Below are positions 50,020 to 59,314 of a DNA stretch of 64,000 nucleotides, piece after piece. The position numbers and the translations under genes were made by a program. How positions within the stretch are numbered: the first letter of the stretch is position 1; each line of letters opens with the position of its first letter. The notes under the pieces were generated by a model, which did not search any database, was not told the DNA's origin, and was given only the letters and a program-made list of their open reading frames with translations. The stretch comes from Dehalococcoidia bacterium (GTDB lineage Bacteria > Chloroflexota > Dehalococcoidia > GIF9 > AB-539-J10), in assembly GCA_046538235.1 (NCBI GenBank), contig JBKHJG010000001.1, forward strand, positions 124,762-188,761, given 5' to 3'.

Positions 50020-51012
50020 TCAGTAGGCCCGGTACCATCCCTCGTCCAAAGGGCGAAATACGCCCTTTTCGGCGCCCAGCTTACAATACCAGGGCTTGCC
50101 GCAGCGGTCGGCTAGCTCTGCCAGTTCCTTCAGCCTTGGAGCAGCCGTATTGCGGAAGAAGCTCATCCTGTCCTCCCGGGAACGAATTTGAGCGCCCTCC
50201 TGCCACAGGGCGCGCCCGGCCAGAAAACCGGAGGCTCCTGCCCGGCAGGCCATTTCCACCTGCTTCTTGAACGACACAAAACCCACGCCCGCACTGAGCA
50301 GCACCCAGGGCAGCCGGGACGCCCGGTCCAGTTCCCGGCACAGCCCCAGCAGCTTTCCCTCATCCCGCTCAAACTCCATGTCTGCCGGGAACTCCGCCTT
50401 CAACACATCGATGGGCAAGGTGGTAATCCGCCGGGCTGTCTCGATTACCAGATCAGGCTTCATCTCGGCGAATGTCTTTGAAGATGCCTCACCCTTTTCG
50501 ACGGGATAGGTTACCGGCTCAACCAGACAGGCTATGTCTTCTTCGAGGCACTGGTCGGCCAGTCTTGCCACCAGATCGAGTTGCTTTGACGCGACATCCT
50601 TCAGATCGGGCCTGAAGTATATCAAGAGCTTGACGGCTGAGGCGCCCATCCTCTTGGCCTTACCCACGCTCCAGCCTGGCAGAAGCTCGGTGATTCTGGC
50701 GTTGCGGTCTCCGGCGTAGCCGGTCTTCTCCATGCTGACCAGCAGCCCCTTGGACCCTGGCACGACACCGGCGGCGATAGCCTGAGCAGCCCCGTATTCC
50801 GGGTCCAGCAGTATGGCACCGGCAAAGGGTGCCACAGCCTGACAGAGATCCAGCTTGAAGTCAACCATCTCCTGGTAACTCACCGCGTGGGGATTGTCCG
50901 CATCAAGGGCCCGCCTCAACGCCCCTCTGTGGTCAATAGCGCACATGGCCATCATGCCCTTACAGTCAGCTAACTGCTGCAGGCCTCTTAGCTTGCCGGT
51001 GGATATGTTCAT
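50020..51012 (-). CDS. LacD-family class I aldolase (tagatose-1,6-bisphosphate aldolase family)
   Basis: CAIDHRGALRR and ILLDPEYG match the LacD motifs AFDQRGALK and ILLDPEYG. Confidence 0.75.
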   Translation of the reverse strand: MNISTGKLRGLQQLADCKGMMAMCAIDHRGALRRALDADNPHAVSYQEMVDFKLDLCQAVAPFAGAILLDPEYGAAQAIAAGVVPGSKGLLVSMEKTGYAGDRNARITELLPGWSVGKAKRMGASAVKLLIYFRPDLKDVASKQLDLVARLADQCLEEDIACLVEPVTYPVEKGEASSKTFAEMKPDLVIETARRITTLPIDVLKAEFPADMEFERDEGKLLGLCRELDRASRLPWVLLSAGVGFVSFKKQVEMACRAGASGFLAGRALWQEGAQIRSREDRMSFFRNTAAPRLKELAELADRCGKPWYCKLGAEKGVFRPLDEGWYRAY

Positions 51013-51045
51013 GATATCGCTCCCTGACAGATCGTATCCGTCTCT

Positions 51046-52039
51046 TTATTCACGATTTAGCTTTCTCATCTCCCGGAGGGCCAAGGCAGCGGCACCGAGC
51101 ACACCGGAGTCCCGGCCCAGCTCCGCGGTGGCAAAGCGCACAGCGTGGAAGGCTTCCTTGTATGCCCTCTCTCTGGCCACTTTGAAGGCCGGCTCAAGCA
51201 GCATGTCGCCGGTATTCGACAGGCCGCCACCGATGACTATCAACTCAGGGTCGAAGATGTTTATCAGATTGGCCAGTCCCACGCCAACATAGTAGCCAGT
51301 CCGAGCAATCAACTCCCTGGCCAGGCTATCGCCCTGCTGGGCAGCCCTGTCAATGACCTCCGCCGTCACCTTTTCCACATCATGCCCGGCATATTCGAGG
51401 ATGGAAGTGCTTGCTCCCTGCTTGATCCGGTTTCTTGCCTCCCTGGCCAGGGCCGTCCCCGATGCCAGCGTCTCCCAACAACCTCTGTTGCCGCAGCTGC
51501 AGACTGGGCCGCGGTCATCGATGGTCATATGCCCCACCTCACCGGCGGCACCGATAGCTCCGCTGTAGAGTTCTCCGCCGATAAAGATGCCCCCGCCGAT
51601 ACCGGTGCTGAGAGTAACATAGATGAAGTTACGGGCACCCCGCCCCGCGCCAAAACAAGCCTCGCCCAGGGCCGCAGCATTGGCATCGTTTATGAGAAAT
51701 GTCTTCCTGCCCAGCCTGGCCTCTACTATGTCTCTCAGAGGAACGTTCCTCCATCCCGGCAGATTGGGTGACGCAAACAGGATGCCCCCCTCAGGGTTAA
51801 CCAGGCCCGGTGCTCCAATTCCTGCGGCTACAAGCTCCGAAATGCCGATGCCTATGTGGTGCAAAGCGCGGTGTGCAGAGTCCAGAATGGACTCAATTAC
51901 CGCCTCATGGCCCTCCTGTGCCGGTGTTGGACTGTGGTCACGCGATAGCATCTCCCCCCCGGAGTTGATCACCGCCGTCAGTATCTTGCTACCTCCAAGG
52001 TCAACACCGAGGATCAGGTCCGCTAAGTCCTCAGCCACT
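51046..52039 (-). CDS. ROK-family glucokinase
   Basis: GVDLGGSKI N-terminus and ROK Cys/His zinc motif (CSCGNRGCWE). GTG start after a GGGGAG RBS. Confidence 0.85.
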
Positions 52040-52159
52040 ATTACTCCCCATCTGCATAGGATCTGTTCCTGCTGTTCACCCCATCCCGGCAGCAATTGTC
52101 TGCCGCTATGTCCTATTGTATACTGCTACAGATAAGAATTCCAAGACAGCAGGCCTGTA

Positions 52160-53761
52160 GTGGATAATCAAGAGCACGGTGGCACCGCCAACTGCCCTAT
52201 CACTGCCACGGATGACCCCGATAAGCGTCAGCTCAATCCGGGCTTTCCCAGGGCAAGCGGCATATTATTGCACCCTACCTCACTTCCGGGCGGATCCGGA
52301 ATAGGAGACCTGGGAAGGGAGGCCTATCATTTCGCAGACTTCCTGGCCGATAGCGGACAGCGCCTGTGGCAGGTCCTGCCGCTGGGTCCTACAGGCTACG
52401 GCAACTCGCCATATCAGTGCCCCTCCGTCTTCGCCGGCAACCCTCTGCTCATAAGTCTGGAAAGGCTGGTTGAAGATGGCCTGCTCAAACCTGCCGACCT
52501 GAAGAGCGGCCCTTCCTTTCCTGAAGACAGGGTGGACTACGACTCAGTTACGGAATTCAAGCTGCCCTTGCTGAGGAAGGCATCCGGCGCCTTTCACAAG
52601 AAAGGTGCTCCAGGCGAGCGCGAGCGATTTGAAGCTTTCTGCCGGCAGCACAGCTCCTGGCTTGAGACTTATTCCCTGTTCATGGCCTTGAAGGAGGCCC
52701 AAGGGCTGGCTGCCTGGAATACGTGGGAGGAAGATATCCGTCGTCGGCAGCCGCAGTCTATCAGACGGTGGAGGGAGAGACTGGGCCCTGAAATCCGCCA
52801 CCACGAGTTCCATCAATACCAGTTTTTCAAGCAGTGGTCTGAACTAAAGAGGTACTGCAACGAACGAGGCATCAGGCTGATCGGTGATCTGCCCATCTTC
52901 GTTGCCCTTGAGAGCGCCGAGGTCTGGTCGCACCCGGAGATGTTCTACCTGGATAGCGGTGGCAGACCGACGGTGGTAGCGGGCGTGCCGCCTGACTACT
53001 TTAGCGCCACGGGGCAATTATGGGGAAACCCTCTCTATCGCTGGGACGTAATCGCCGGCGATGGCTACACGTGGTGGATTGAGCGCTTCCGGGCAACCCG
53101 TGCCCTGGTGGACATCATCAGGCTGGACCACTTCCGCGGCTTCGAGAAATACTGGGAGGTACCGGGCACCGATACCACAGCCATGAACGGCCGATGGGTC
53201 TCAGGACCGGGGATTGAGCTATTCAGAGCCGTGCAGGAGGCACTGGGCAACCTGCCCATCATCGCCGAGGACCTTGGGGTAATCACACCGGAAGTAGACG
53301 CACTCCGAGACCAGCTTGGCTTCCCGGGGATGCGGGTCCTCCAGTTCGCCTTCGGCACTGATCCCAAGGCCGACGACTACAGGCCTCACAACTACCCGCG
53401 ACACTGCGTGGTGTACACCGGCACTCACGACAACAATACGACCATCGGCTGGTTCCAGGGCATCAGGGCAGATGATACCACGCAGAGCAAGGAGGAGAAA
53501 CGGAAGGAGAGGGAGATTGCCCTGAAGTATCTCGGCACAGACGGGCATGAGCTTAACTGGGACTTCATCCGCCTGGCTTTCATGTCCGTCGCCGATACAG
53601 CTATAGTGCCCATGCAAGACGTTCTGGGGCTGGGCAGTGAAGCCAGGATGAACTGCCCGGGTACAACTGAGGGCAACTGGCGCTGGCGCTATGTTCCCCA
53701 TACGCTGACCCGGAGAACCGAGGACCGGTTAGCGGAGTTGACGGCGTTATACGGACGGTAG
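52160..53761 (+). CDS. malQ: 4-alpha-glucanotransferase (amylomaltase, GH77)
   Basis: ASGILLHPTSLPGGSGIGDLG and LPLGPTGYGNSPYQ signatures. Confidence 0.92.
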   Translation: MDNQEHGGTANCPITATDDPDKRQLNPGFPRASGILLHPTSLPGGSGIGDLGREAYHFADFLADSGQRLWQVLPLGPTGYGNSPYQCPSVFAGNPLLISLERLVEDGLLKPADLKSGPSFPEDRVDYDSVTEFKLPLLRKASGAFHKKGAPGERERFEAFCRQHSSWLETYSLFMALKEAQGLAAWNTWEEDIRRRQPQSIRRWRERLGPEIRHHEFHQYQFFKQWSELKRYCNERGIRLIGDLPIFVALESAEVWSHPEMFYLDSGGRPTVVAGVPPDYFSATGQLWGNPLYRWDVIAGDGYTWWIERFRATRALVDIIRLDHFRGFEKYWEVPGTDTTAMNGRWVSGPGIELFRAVQEALGNLPIIAEDLGVITPEVDALRDQLGFPGMRVLQFAFGTDPKADDYRPHNYPRHCVVYTGTHDNNTTIGWFQGIRADDTTQSKEEKRKEREIALKYLGTDGHELNWDFIRLAFMSVADTAIVPMQDVLGLGSEARMNCPGTTEGNWRWRYVPHTLTRRTEDRLAELTALYGR

Positions 53762-53881
53762 TAGCAGTCCGGCCAGCTCTGGCCTGAGGCCATACTACCC
53801 AGCAAGGATAGCCAGCGCCTAAGCCACAAGGTCGCACAGCCCGTGCTTCCCGGCAGCCGGTCGTTATGTCACATCGAATCG

Positions 53882-53910
53882 TTGATTATTGCAGTGCTTG
53901 ATAGTATACT
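53882..53910 (+). promoter_or_regulatory. sigma70-like promoter of dnaN (TTGATT-17-TATACT)
   Basis: Read directly; about 30 nt upstream of the dnaN RBS GGGAGG. Confidence 0.55.
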
Positions 53911-53940
53911 GTCACCATACACATTGGCGGGAGGTATTCC

Positions 53941-55074
53941 ATGAAGCTATCTTGTCTTCAAGAGAACCTGAACACGGGCCTCAGCATCGTAGGGAGAGCC
54001 GTAGCCACCAGGTCCACTTTGCCTATTACCCAGAATGTCCTTCTATCCGCTGAGCAGTCACGCCTCAAACTGGCGGCCACCAACCTGGAGATGGCTACCA
54101 CGTGCTGGATCGGGGCCAAGGTGGAGGAGGAAGGAGACATAACCGTGCCTGCCCGGTTGCTCATCGACTTCGTCAATTCCCTGCCCAACGACCTGGTTGA
54201 GATCAACCTTCCAGCTTCCGGCCGGATTCTGGAAGTCAAGAGCGGGCATTTCCAGGCGCATATCAACGGCATCGACGCCGCCGACTTCCCGCCTATTCCG
54301 CAGATAAGCGATGGCGTAGCCACCACCATTGAAGCAACGAGCCTCAGGGAAGGGATCTCGCAGGTCGCCTTTGCCGCCGCCAGCGAGGAGTCCCGCCCGG
54401 TGCTGACCGGGATTAACACCGAGTTCGATGGCGAGCAGCTCAACCTTGTGGCTGCCGATGGCTTCAGGCTGGCCGTCTACAAGACTACCCTCAACTCGCC
54501 CGTCAACGAGAAGGCTACCGTCATCATCCCGGCAAGGACCCTCAATGAACTGAACCGCCTTCTCGGCGAGCAAGAGGAGCCGGTGGAAATCACGGTCAAC
54601 GAAAAGAAAAGCCAGATACTCTTCCGCCTTAAGGACGCCGAGCTGGTGTCTCAGCTTATACAGGGTTCGTTCCCCAACTACTCTCAGGTCATTCCTCAGA
54701 ACTATACCACGCGAGCTGTCGTGGACATCAGTGAGTTCTTGCGGGTTACAAAGATGTCCTCCATATTTGCCCGCGATGCCAGTGGCATAGTCCGCCTGGT
54801 AGTCACTCCCGGGACGGAACTTACTCCGGGAAAGCTGACCGTCTCCGCGCAGGCCGAGGAAGTCGGAGGCAGCGTGAGCGAGATCGACGCTCTCATCGAC
54901 GGCGAAGAGGCCAAGATTGCCTTCAACGTAAGATATCTCTCCGATGTTCTGTCCGTCCTCCGCCAGTCCCAGGTCGCCCTGGAACTCACCACCCCCTCCA
55001 GCCCGGGCACGATTCGCCCTATAGGCGTCGACAACTATGTTCACGTTGTCATGCCCATGTTCGTCCAGTGGTGA
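53941..55074 (+). CDS. dnaN: DNA polymerase III subunit beta (sliding clamp)
   Basis: Three-domain clamp pattern and N-terminal MKLSCLQENLNTGLSIVGRAV. Confidence 0.92.
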   Translation: MKLSCLQENLNTGLSIVGRAVATRSTLPITQNVLLSAEQSRLKLAATNLEMATTCWIGAKVEEEGDITVPARLLIDFVNSLPNDLVEINLPASGRILEVKSGHFQAHINGIDAADFPPIPQISDGVATTIEATSLREGISQVAFAAASEESRPVLTGINTEFDGEQLNLVAADGFRLAVYKTTLNSPVNEKATVIIPARTLNELNRLLGEQEEPVEITVNEKKSQILFRLKDAELVSQLIQGSFPNYSQVIPQNYTTRAVVDISEFLRVTKMSSIFARDASGIVRLVVTPGTELTPGKLTVSAQAEEVGGSVSEIDALIDGEEAKIAFNVRYLSDVLSVLRQSQVALELTTPSSPGTIRPIGVDNYVHVVMPMFVQW

Positions 55075-55157
55075 TGAGTCCTGGCGTCGCCGGTGCCGCG
55101 TTCGTACCCTTTGGTCACACGATATGCTAGAATCATCATTGTTGGGCTCGAATATCA

Positions 55158-55358
55158 TTGAAGCTCAGCGAACTGATCAGGCTTCTAGAGCACAACGGTT
55201 TCGAACTGATAAGGCATAAGGGTTCCATCAGATATTATGCCAAACGAGGAGTCGACATGCTTATCAGGGTCGATTATCACGGTTCTAGAGAAGTACGGGC
55301 CGGGATTTGTGAAGCGATTCTGAAAGCATCCGCACTGAAGAGCAAAGGCGGAACCTAG
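55158..55358 (+). CDS. hicA: type II toxin HicA (mRNA interferase)
   Basis: 66 aa, LIRLLEHNGFELIRHKGSIRYYAK HicA signature. TTG start. Confidence 0.8.
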   Translation: MKLSELIRLLEHNGFELIRHKGSIRYYAKRGVDMLIRVDYHGSREVRAGICEAILKASALKSKGGT

Positions 55359-55360
55359 TA

Positions 55361-55606
55361 ATGATAGACCTGAAGTATTCTCTAATCATAGAGGCAACCG
55401 AAGACCCGGCATTTTTTAGCTTCTTCTCGCCAGACCTGGAGGGGTTCACAGGCGTGGGCAGTTCGGTGGAGGACTGCCTGTACAAGGCAAAGTGGGGGCT
55501 GGAAGAGCACGTCGCCCTGCTCAGGGAGCGCGGGCTTCCCATCCCCAAGCAAAACGCCAGCCCCACCGTAACAATCAGGAATGCCTCACCTGCCGGAGTC
55601 GCCTAG
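55361..55606 (+). CDS. hicB: antitoxin HicB (UPF0150 / RNase-H-like fold)
   Basis: 81 aa, YSLIIEATEDPAFFSFFSPDLEGFTGVGSSVEDCLYKAKWGLEEH. Begins 3 nt after hicA. Confidence 0.8.
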   Translation: MIDLKYSLIIEATEDPAFFSFFSPDLEGFTGVGSSVEDCLYKAKWGLEEHVALLRERGLPIPKQNASPTVTIRNASPAGVA

Positions 55607-55848
55607 AGGACAAGGGCAGCATGGTTGTTCATCCATCAGTGCCGCGCTTTCATCTGTAGGGGCAAGTGCCAGAGACATCATTATGCAATGGCAATGAGGT
55701 CCCAGCGGACGCGAACTGAACACCGACCCCGGATGCTGATGCAGAGGCTCTCTTGTTTTAAGCCCTGGCTTGGCCACATGGTGCGCCATGGTGGTTGCCT
55801 CACCGGGCAGTCCCATGACCCGGCGCTCAACCCCGCGACTATGCAGAA

Positions 55849-56577
55849 ATGGCATCACAGCCAATAATCAAGTTGCTCGCCCGCTCCGGCCTCGGCTCCC
55901 GCAGACGGATAGTCGCACTGATCAAGAGGGGCGGCATAGCCATTAACGGCGAGATAGTCCAGAGCTTCAATGAGCCGGTCGACCCCGCCAAGGATGTCAT
56001 CACAATTGACGGTGAAGCCGTTTCCATCGCAGCCCAGCCCATGGTCTATGTTATGCTTAACAAGCCCAGGGGAGTGATCTCCAGCACAAGCGGCAGAAAA
56101 GGAGAGAAGACGGTACTCGATCTCCTTCCGCAGAAGTACCATCGCATCCGCCTCTACCCGGTGGGCCGTCTGGATAAGGACTCCACGGGCCTGATTCTCC
56201 TGACCAACGACGGCGACCTGACCCTGCACCTAACCCATCCCCGTTTCGAACATGAGAAGGAATACCTGGTCCGCGTGGAACAAGACCTGGCGCCGGAAGA
56301 GATAAGGGCATTGCAAAGGGGCATCGACCTTGAAGACGGCAAGACGTCGCCGGCCGAGGTGAAGGCCCTTAAGCACCCGCTTGGCTGCTACTCCCTGACC
56401 ATTCATGAGGGCAAGAAGCGTGAGGTACGCCGCATGTTTGCCGCTCTGGGATACAGGGTCATTGAATTGAAGAGGGTTAGACTGGGCAGCCTCAGGTTGG
56501 GCACGCTGCCGGAGGGTGAGATCCGCGAGTTGACTCTTGCAGAGGTCCAGGCACTCAGGAGGGTACGCACGACCTGA
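55849..56577 (+). CDS. rRNA pseudouridine synthase (RsuA/RluB family, S4 domain plus catalytic domain)
   Basis: S4 domain N-terminus and catalytic Asp in GRLDKDSTGLILLTNDG. Confidence 0.88.
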   Translation: MASQPIIKLLARSGLGSRRRIVALIKRGGIAINGEIVQSFNEPVDPAKDVITIDGEAVSIAAQPMVYVMLNKPRGVISSTSGRKGEKTVLDLLPQKYHRIRLYPVGRLDKDSTGLILLTNDGDLTLHLTHPRFEHEKEYLVRVEQDLAPEEIRALQRGIDLEDGKTSPAEVKALKHPLGCYSLTIHEGKKREVRRMFAALGYRVIELKRVRLGSLRLGTLPEGEIRELTLAEVQALRRVRTT

Positions 56578-56677
56578 ATGGCTGCTAACCTGTCGCTTCC
56601 TATCGCTGATCGCATTACACGAGCAGGATTTCGAGAGAGGAGACACAAGAGCGAGAATATGCAGGAGGGTTCCAGCT

Positions 56678-56767
56678 AGGGCAAGCCAACGAACACTATC
56701 ACCACGCCTACCACTACCATTGCCACACCCAGAGCCAGTAGACCGATCAGCAGCTTCATATTCATGC
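56678..56767 (-). CDS. candidate 29-aa hydrophobic peptide (MNMKLLIGLLALGVAMVVVGVVIVFVGLP)
   Basis: Read from sequence; under 60 aa so absent from the ORF track. Single TM-like segment. No RBS verified. Confidence 0.2.
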
Positions 56768-56912
56768 GCACAGTCCTTGTTCAGGCCGGCAGATCATCAT
56801 CATACTAAAACGTGAGACAAAAAGAAAGCATGGCCGCGATGCCGGGCAGCCCAGGCTCAGCCCCGCGGCGAAGCTCGCCGTGCCCGATGACAGGCGGCCT
56901 CAAAGGTAGAGC

Positions 56913-58271
56913 TTACTCGGAGATAGGTATGGTGAAAGAGAAACGGCTTCCCTTGCCCGGCTTGCTTTGAACCTCAATCCTGCCGCCATGGGCTTCCACC
57001 AGACGCTTAGCAATAGTAAGTCCCAGCCCGCTGCCTCCCGTAGCCCTGGCCCGGGACTTGTCGACTCTGTAAAATCGCTCAAAGATATTGGGCAAGTCCT
57101 CGGCAGGAATGCCTTCCCCCGTATCGGACACGGCAATCTCCACACAGTCGCCCCGTCTGGCGGCACTTATGATGATCGTCCCCGTCCTGCCGGTGTGAAC
57201 AAGCGCATTCTCCAACAGGTTATACAGCACCTCACTGATCCGCTGCCAGTCAAGGTTAACAGCAGGCAGTTTGTCAGGCAGATCAAGGGACAGCGATATC
57301 CCCTTGGCCGTTGCCTGGGGCTCCCAGGGAGTAACTGCCTGCCTGACTAACCTGGTGATGTCCTCCGCCTGGTAGACCAGCTTTAGCTCGCCTGCCTCGG
57401 CCAGACTCAGCTCCTGGAGTTCCTCAACCAGTCTTGACAGGAGAGTTACCTCTTCGTTGAGGGCGCGGATGGTAGCTGCCTTTGGTTTCATCACGCCATC
57501 ACGGATTGCCTCCAGGTAGCCCTGAATATTGGATAGCGGGGTCCTGAGCTCGTGAGCGACATCGGCGACCAGGTTCCGCCGCAACTGCTCGGCCCGCTCC
57601 AGGTTAGTGGCCATGGAGTTAAAGGCCCTGGCCAGTTCGCCTATTTCGCCCTTCTCCTCGACCTGGACTCTCTGAGACAGGTCCCCCCGTCCCAACTGCC
57701 CGGCTGTCACCGCCAGGGCCTGAATAGGCGCCGAGATCCTCCGTGAAAGGAAGAAGGTCAGGAGCAACGCCACCCCTATTGCCAGCAACCCTCCCATGAT
57801 CAGGAGCCGGTTCATGGACTCCGATAGCCCGTGCAGGGGAGGGAGCTCTTGTTCAAACGCCGGGTCGGGCCCCAGATACAGCGTCCCCACTTGTTGTTCT
57901 TCGCCAGGAGGCTGAAAAAGCGCCTGCACAGTGCGGGCGGGCAAGTCACCGCTGTACAACTCCCCCAATAGCACGTCCCCCTGCGAATCAGCTATCACCA
58001 TTCCCTCAACATCGGTCACTATGATATGTACTCCCAGCACACTGGATTTCTCTGCAACTACGGACTGAATGCCCTCCCAACCACCGTGCACATAGTAATG
58101 GCTGGCCAGTATAGTTTCCATCTGGTCGAACTGAAACTGATCCCGCATCTCCTCATAGCGCTCTACTTCAGCAGCGATGTTGCGACTGACGAAGACATAT
58201 ACGGTGCCCACGGTCACCACTATCACCACCAGGAAAGCCGTTGCGAACCGAAACCACAGACTACTCGTCAC
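56913..58271 (-). CDS. sensor histidine kinase (TM sensor, HAMP, HisKA, HATPase_c)
   Basis: H-box [14 protein letters not shown] and G-boxes DTGEGI and GGSGLGL. Confidence 0.9.
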   Translation of the reverse strand: MTSSLWFRFATAFLVVIVVTVGTVYVFVSRNIAAEVERYEEMRDQFQFDQMETILASHYYVHGGWEGIQSVVAEKSSVLGVHIIVTDVEGMVIADSQGDVLLGELYSGDLPARTVQALFQPPGEEQQVGTLYLGPDPAFEQELPPLHGLSESMNRLLIMGGLLAIGVALLLTFFLSRRISAPIQALAVTAGQLGRGDLSQRVQVEEKGEIGELARAFNSMATNLERAEQLRRNLVADVAHELRTPLSNIQGYLEAIRDGVMKPKAATIRALNEEVTLLSRLVEELQELSLAEAGELKLVYQAEDITRLVRQAVTPWEPQATAKGISLSLDLPDKLPAVNLDWQRISEVLYNLLENALVHTGRTGTIIISAARRGDCVEIAVSDTGEGIPAEDLPNIFERFYRVDKSRARATGGSGLGLTIAKRLVEAHGGRIEVQSKPGKGSRFSFTIPISE

Positions 58272-58957
58272 TCCTCACCCCCGCCAAACTTGTAGCCGAC
58301 GCCATACACAGTCTTTATGTATCTCGGGCGGCTGGGGTTCGGCTCAATCTTTCGGCGCAGGTTGAGGATATGAACGTCAACGGTTCGGTCGAAACCTTCA
58401 AAATCGTAGCCAAAGGCCCTTTCGATAAGCTCTGCCCGGCTGTAGACCCTGCCCGGCGTTCTGGCCAGGACTCCCAATAGCTTGAACTCAATATTGGTCA
58501 AGTTGAGCGGTCTGCCGGCAAACCATGCCTCCTGCTTGTCAAAGTCCATAGTCAGCTCATTGTGCGTGATCTCCACCGAAACGCGCTCTCCAGGAAGGCG
58601 CCTGAGCACTGCCCGGACTCTGGCTGCCAGTTCCCTGGGACTGAAAGGCTTGGTTACGTAATCGTCGGCACCCAATTCCAGACCGGTCAGTTTGTCCTGG
58701 TCGGTAGTCCTGGCAGTCAGCATGATGACCGGGACATCGGATTCGCGCCTCAGAACACGGCAGACCTCCAGGCCATCGACGTCCGGCAGCATCAGGTCCA
58801 GAACAATCAGGTCGGGACGGCCTTCACGGGCCAGTCGAAGTGCTTCGATACCGTCATAGGCAGTGAGGACGCGGTAGCCATCTCGCGTTAGGTAGAGTTT
58901 GACCAGCTCTACAGTCTTGACATCGTCATCCACCACGAGAACTCTTTTGCCCGCCAA
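58268..58957 (-). CDS. OmpR-family response regulator
   Basis: VLVVDDD...[10 protein letters not shown] receiver plus winged-helix C-terminus (TVYGVGYKF). Its start overlaps the kinase stop by 4 nt. Confidence 0.9.
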   Translation of the reverse strand: MAGKRVLVVDDDVKTVELVKLYLTRDGYRVLTAYDGIEALRLAREGRPDLIVLDLMLPDVDGLEVCRVLRRESDVPVIMLTARTTDQDKLTGLELGADDYVTKPFSPRELAARVRAVLRRLPGERVSVEITHNELTMDFDKQEAWFAGRPLNLTNIEFKLLGVLARTPGRVYSRAELIERAFGYDFEGFDRTVDVHILNLRRKIEPNPSRPRYIKTVYGVGYKFGGGEE

Positions 58958-59109
58958 CTCCAGCCTCCTGGAGGTGTCTCCAGCTTATCTAAGGTTATAA
59001 CACAATTGTTAAGAAATTGTTAAAGCTCTTCTGACTCGCAAGTAGCTGCTGGTAAGTAAGGTGCGATGAAACTATGCCCGTCGGGCAACCGCTTCGGGGC
59101 TCCATCCGA

Positions 59110-59138
59110 TTGACATGGCTACGCCATGTGTTTATAAT
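59110..59138 (+). promoter_or_regulatory. consensus sigma70 promoter (TTGACA-17-TATAAT) driving the mgtE leader
   Basis: TTGACA at 59110-15 and TATAAT at 59133-38, with an exact 17-nt spacer. Confidence 0.65.
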
Positions 59139-59273
59139 CTTCACCGCAACGAGATATGAGGCATGGACACCAAGTCATCGCCCAACCCGGATCACAGACC
59201 GCTAAGGATTGCCCGTTTCGTTCGATGGTGGTGGGGCCTGCCCTAGCGTAGGTCTCTGCTGCAGCCGTGCGCG

Positions 59274-59305
59274 CCCCACGTCCACCGGACGTGGGGTTTT
59301 TGTTT
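59274..59305 (+). terminator. rho-independent terminator-like hairpin (CCCCACGTCC-accg-GGACGTGGGG plus TTTTTGTTTG) inside the mgtE 5' leader: attenuator / riboswitch expression platform candidate
   Basis: Seen directly. Lies ~10 nt upstream of the mgtE ATG, about 135-160 nt downstream of the promoter. Confidence 0.6.
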
Positions 59306-59314
59306 GTGTGTAGC

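Noticed and set aside
55625-55867. 80-aa Cys/His-rich ORF between hicB and the pseudouridine synthase gene
   Set aside because: No RBS and odd composition. It is probably non-coding intergenic sequence.
59140-59300. Firm assignment of the mgtE leader as an M-box riboswitch
   Set aside because: I could not identify the conserved M-box core strings by eye. It is kept only as a candidate attenuator pending a covariance-model search.
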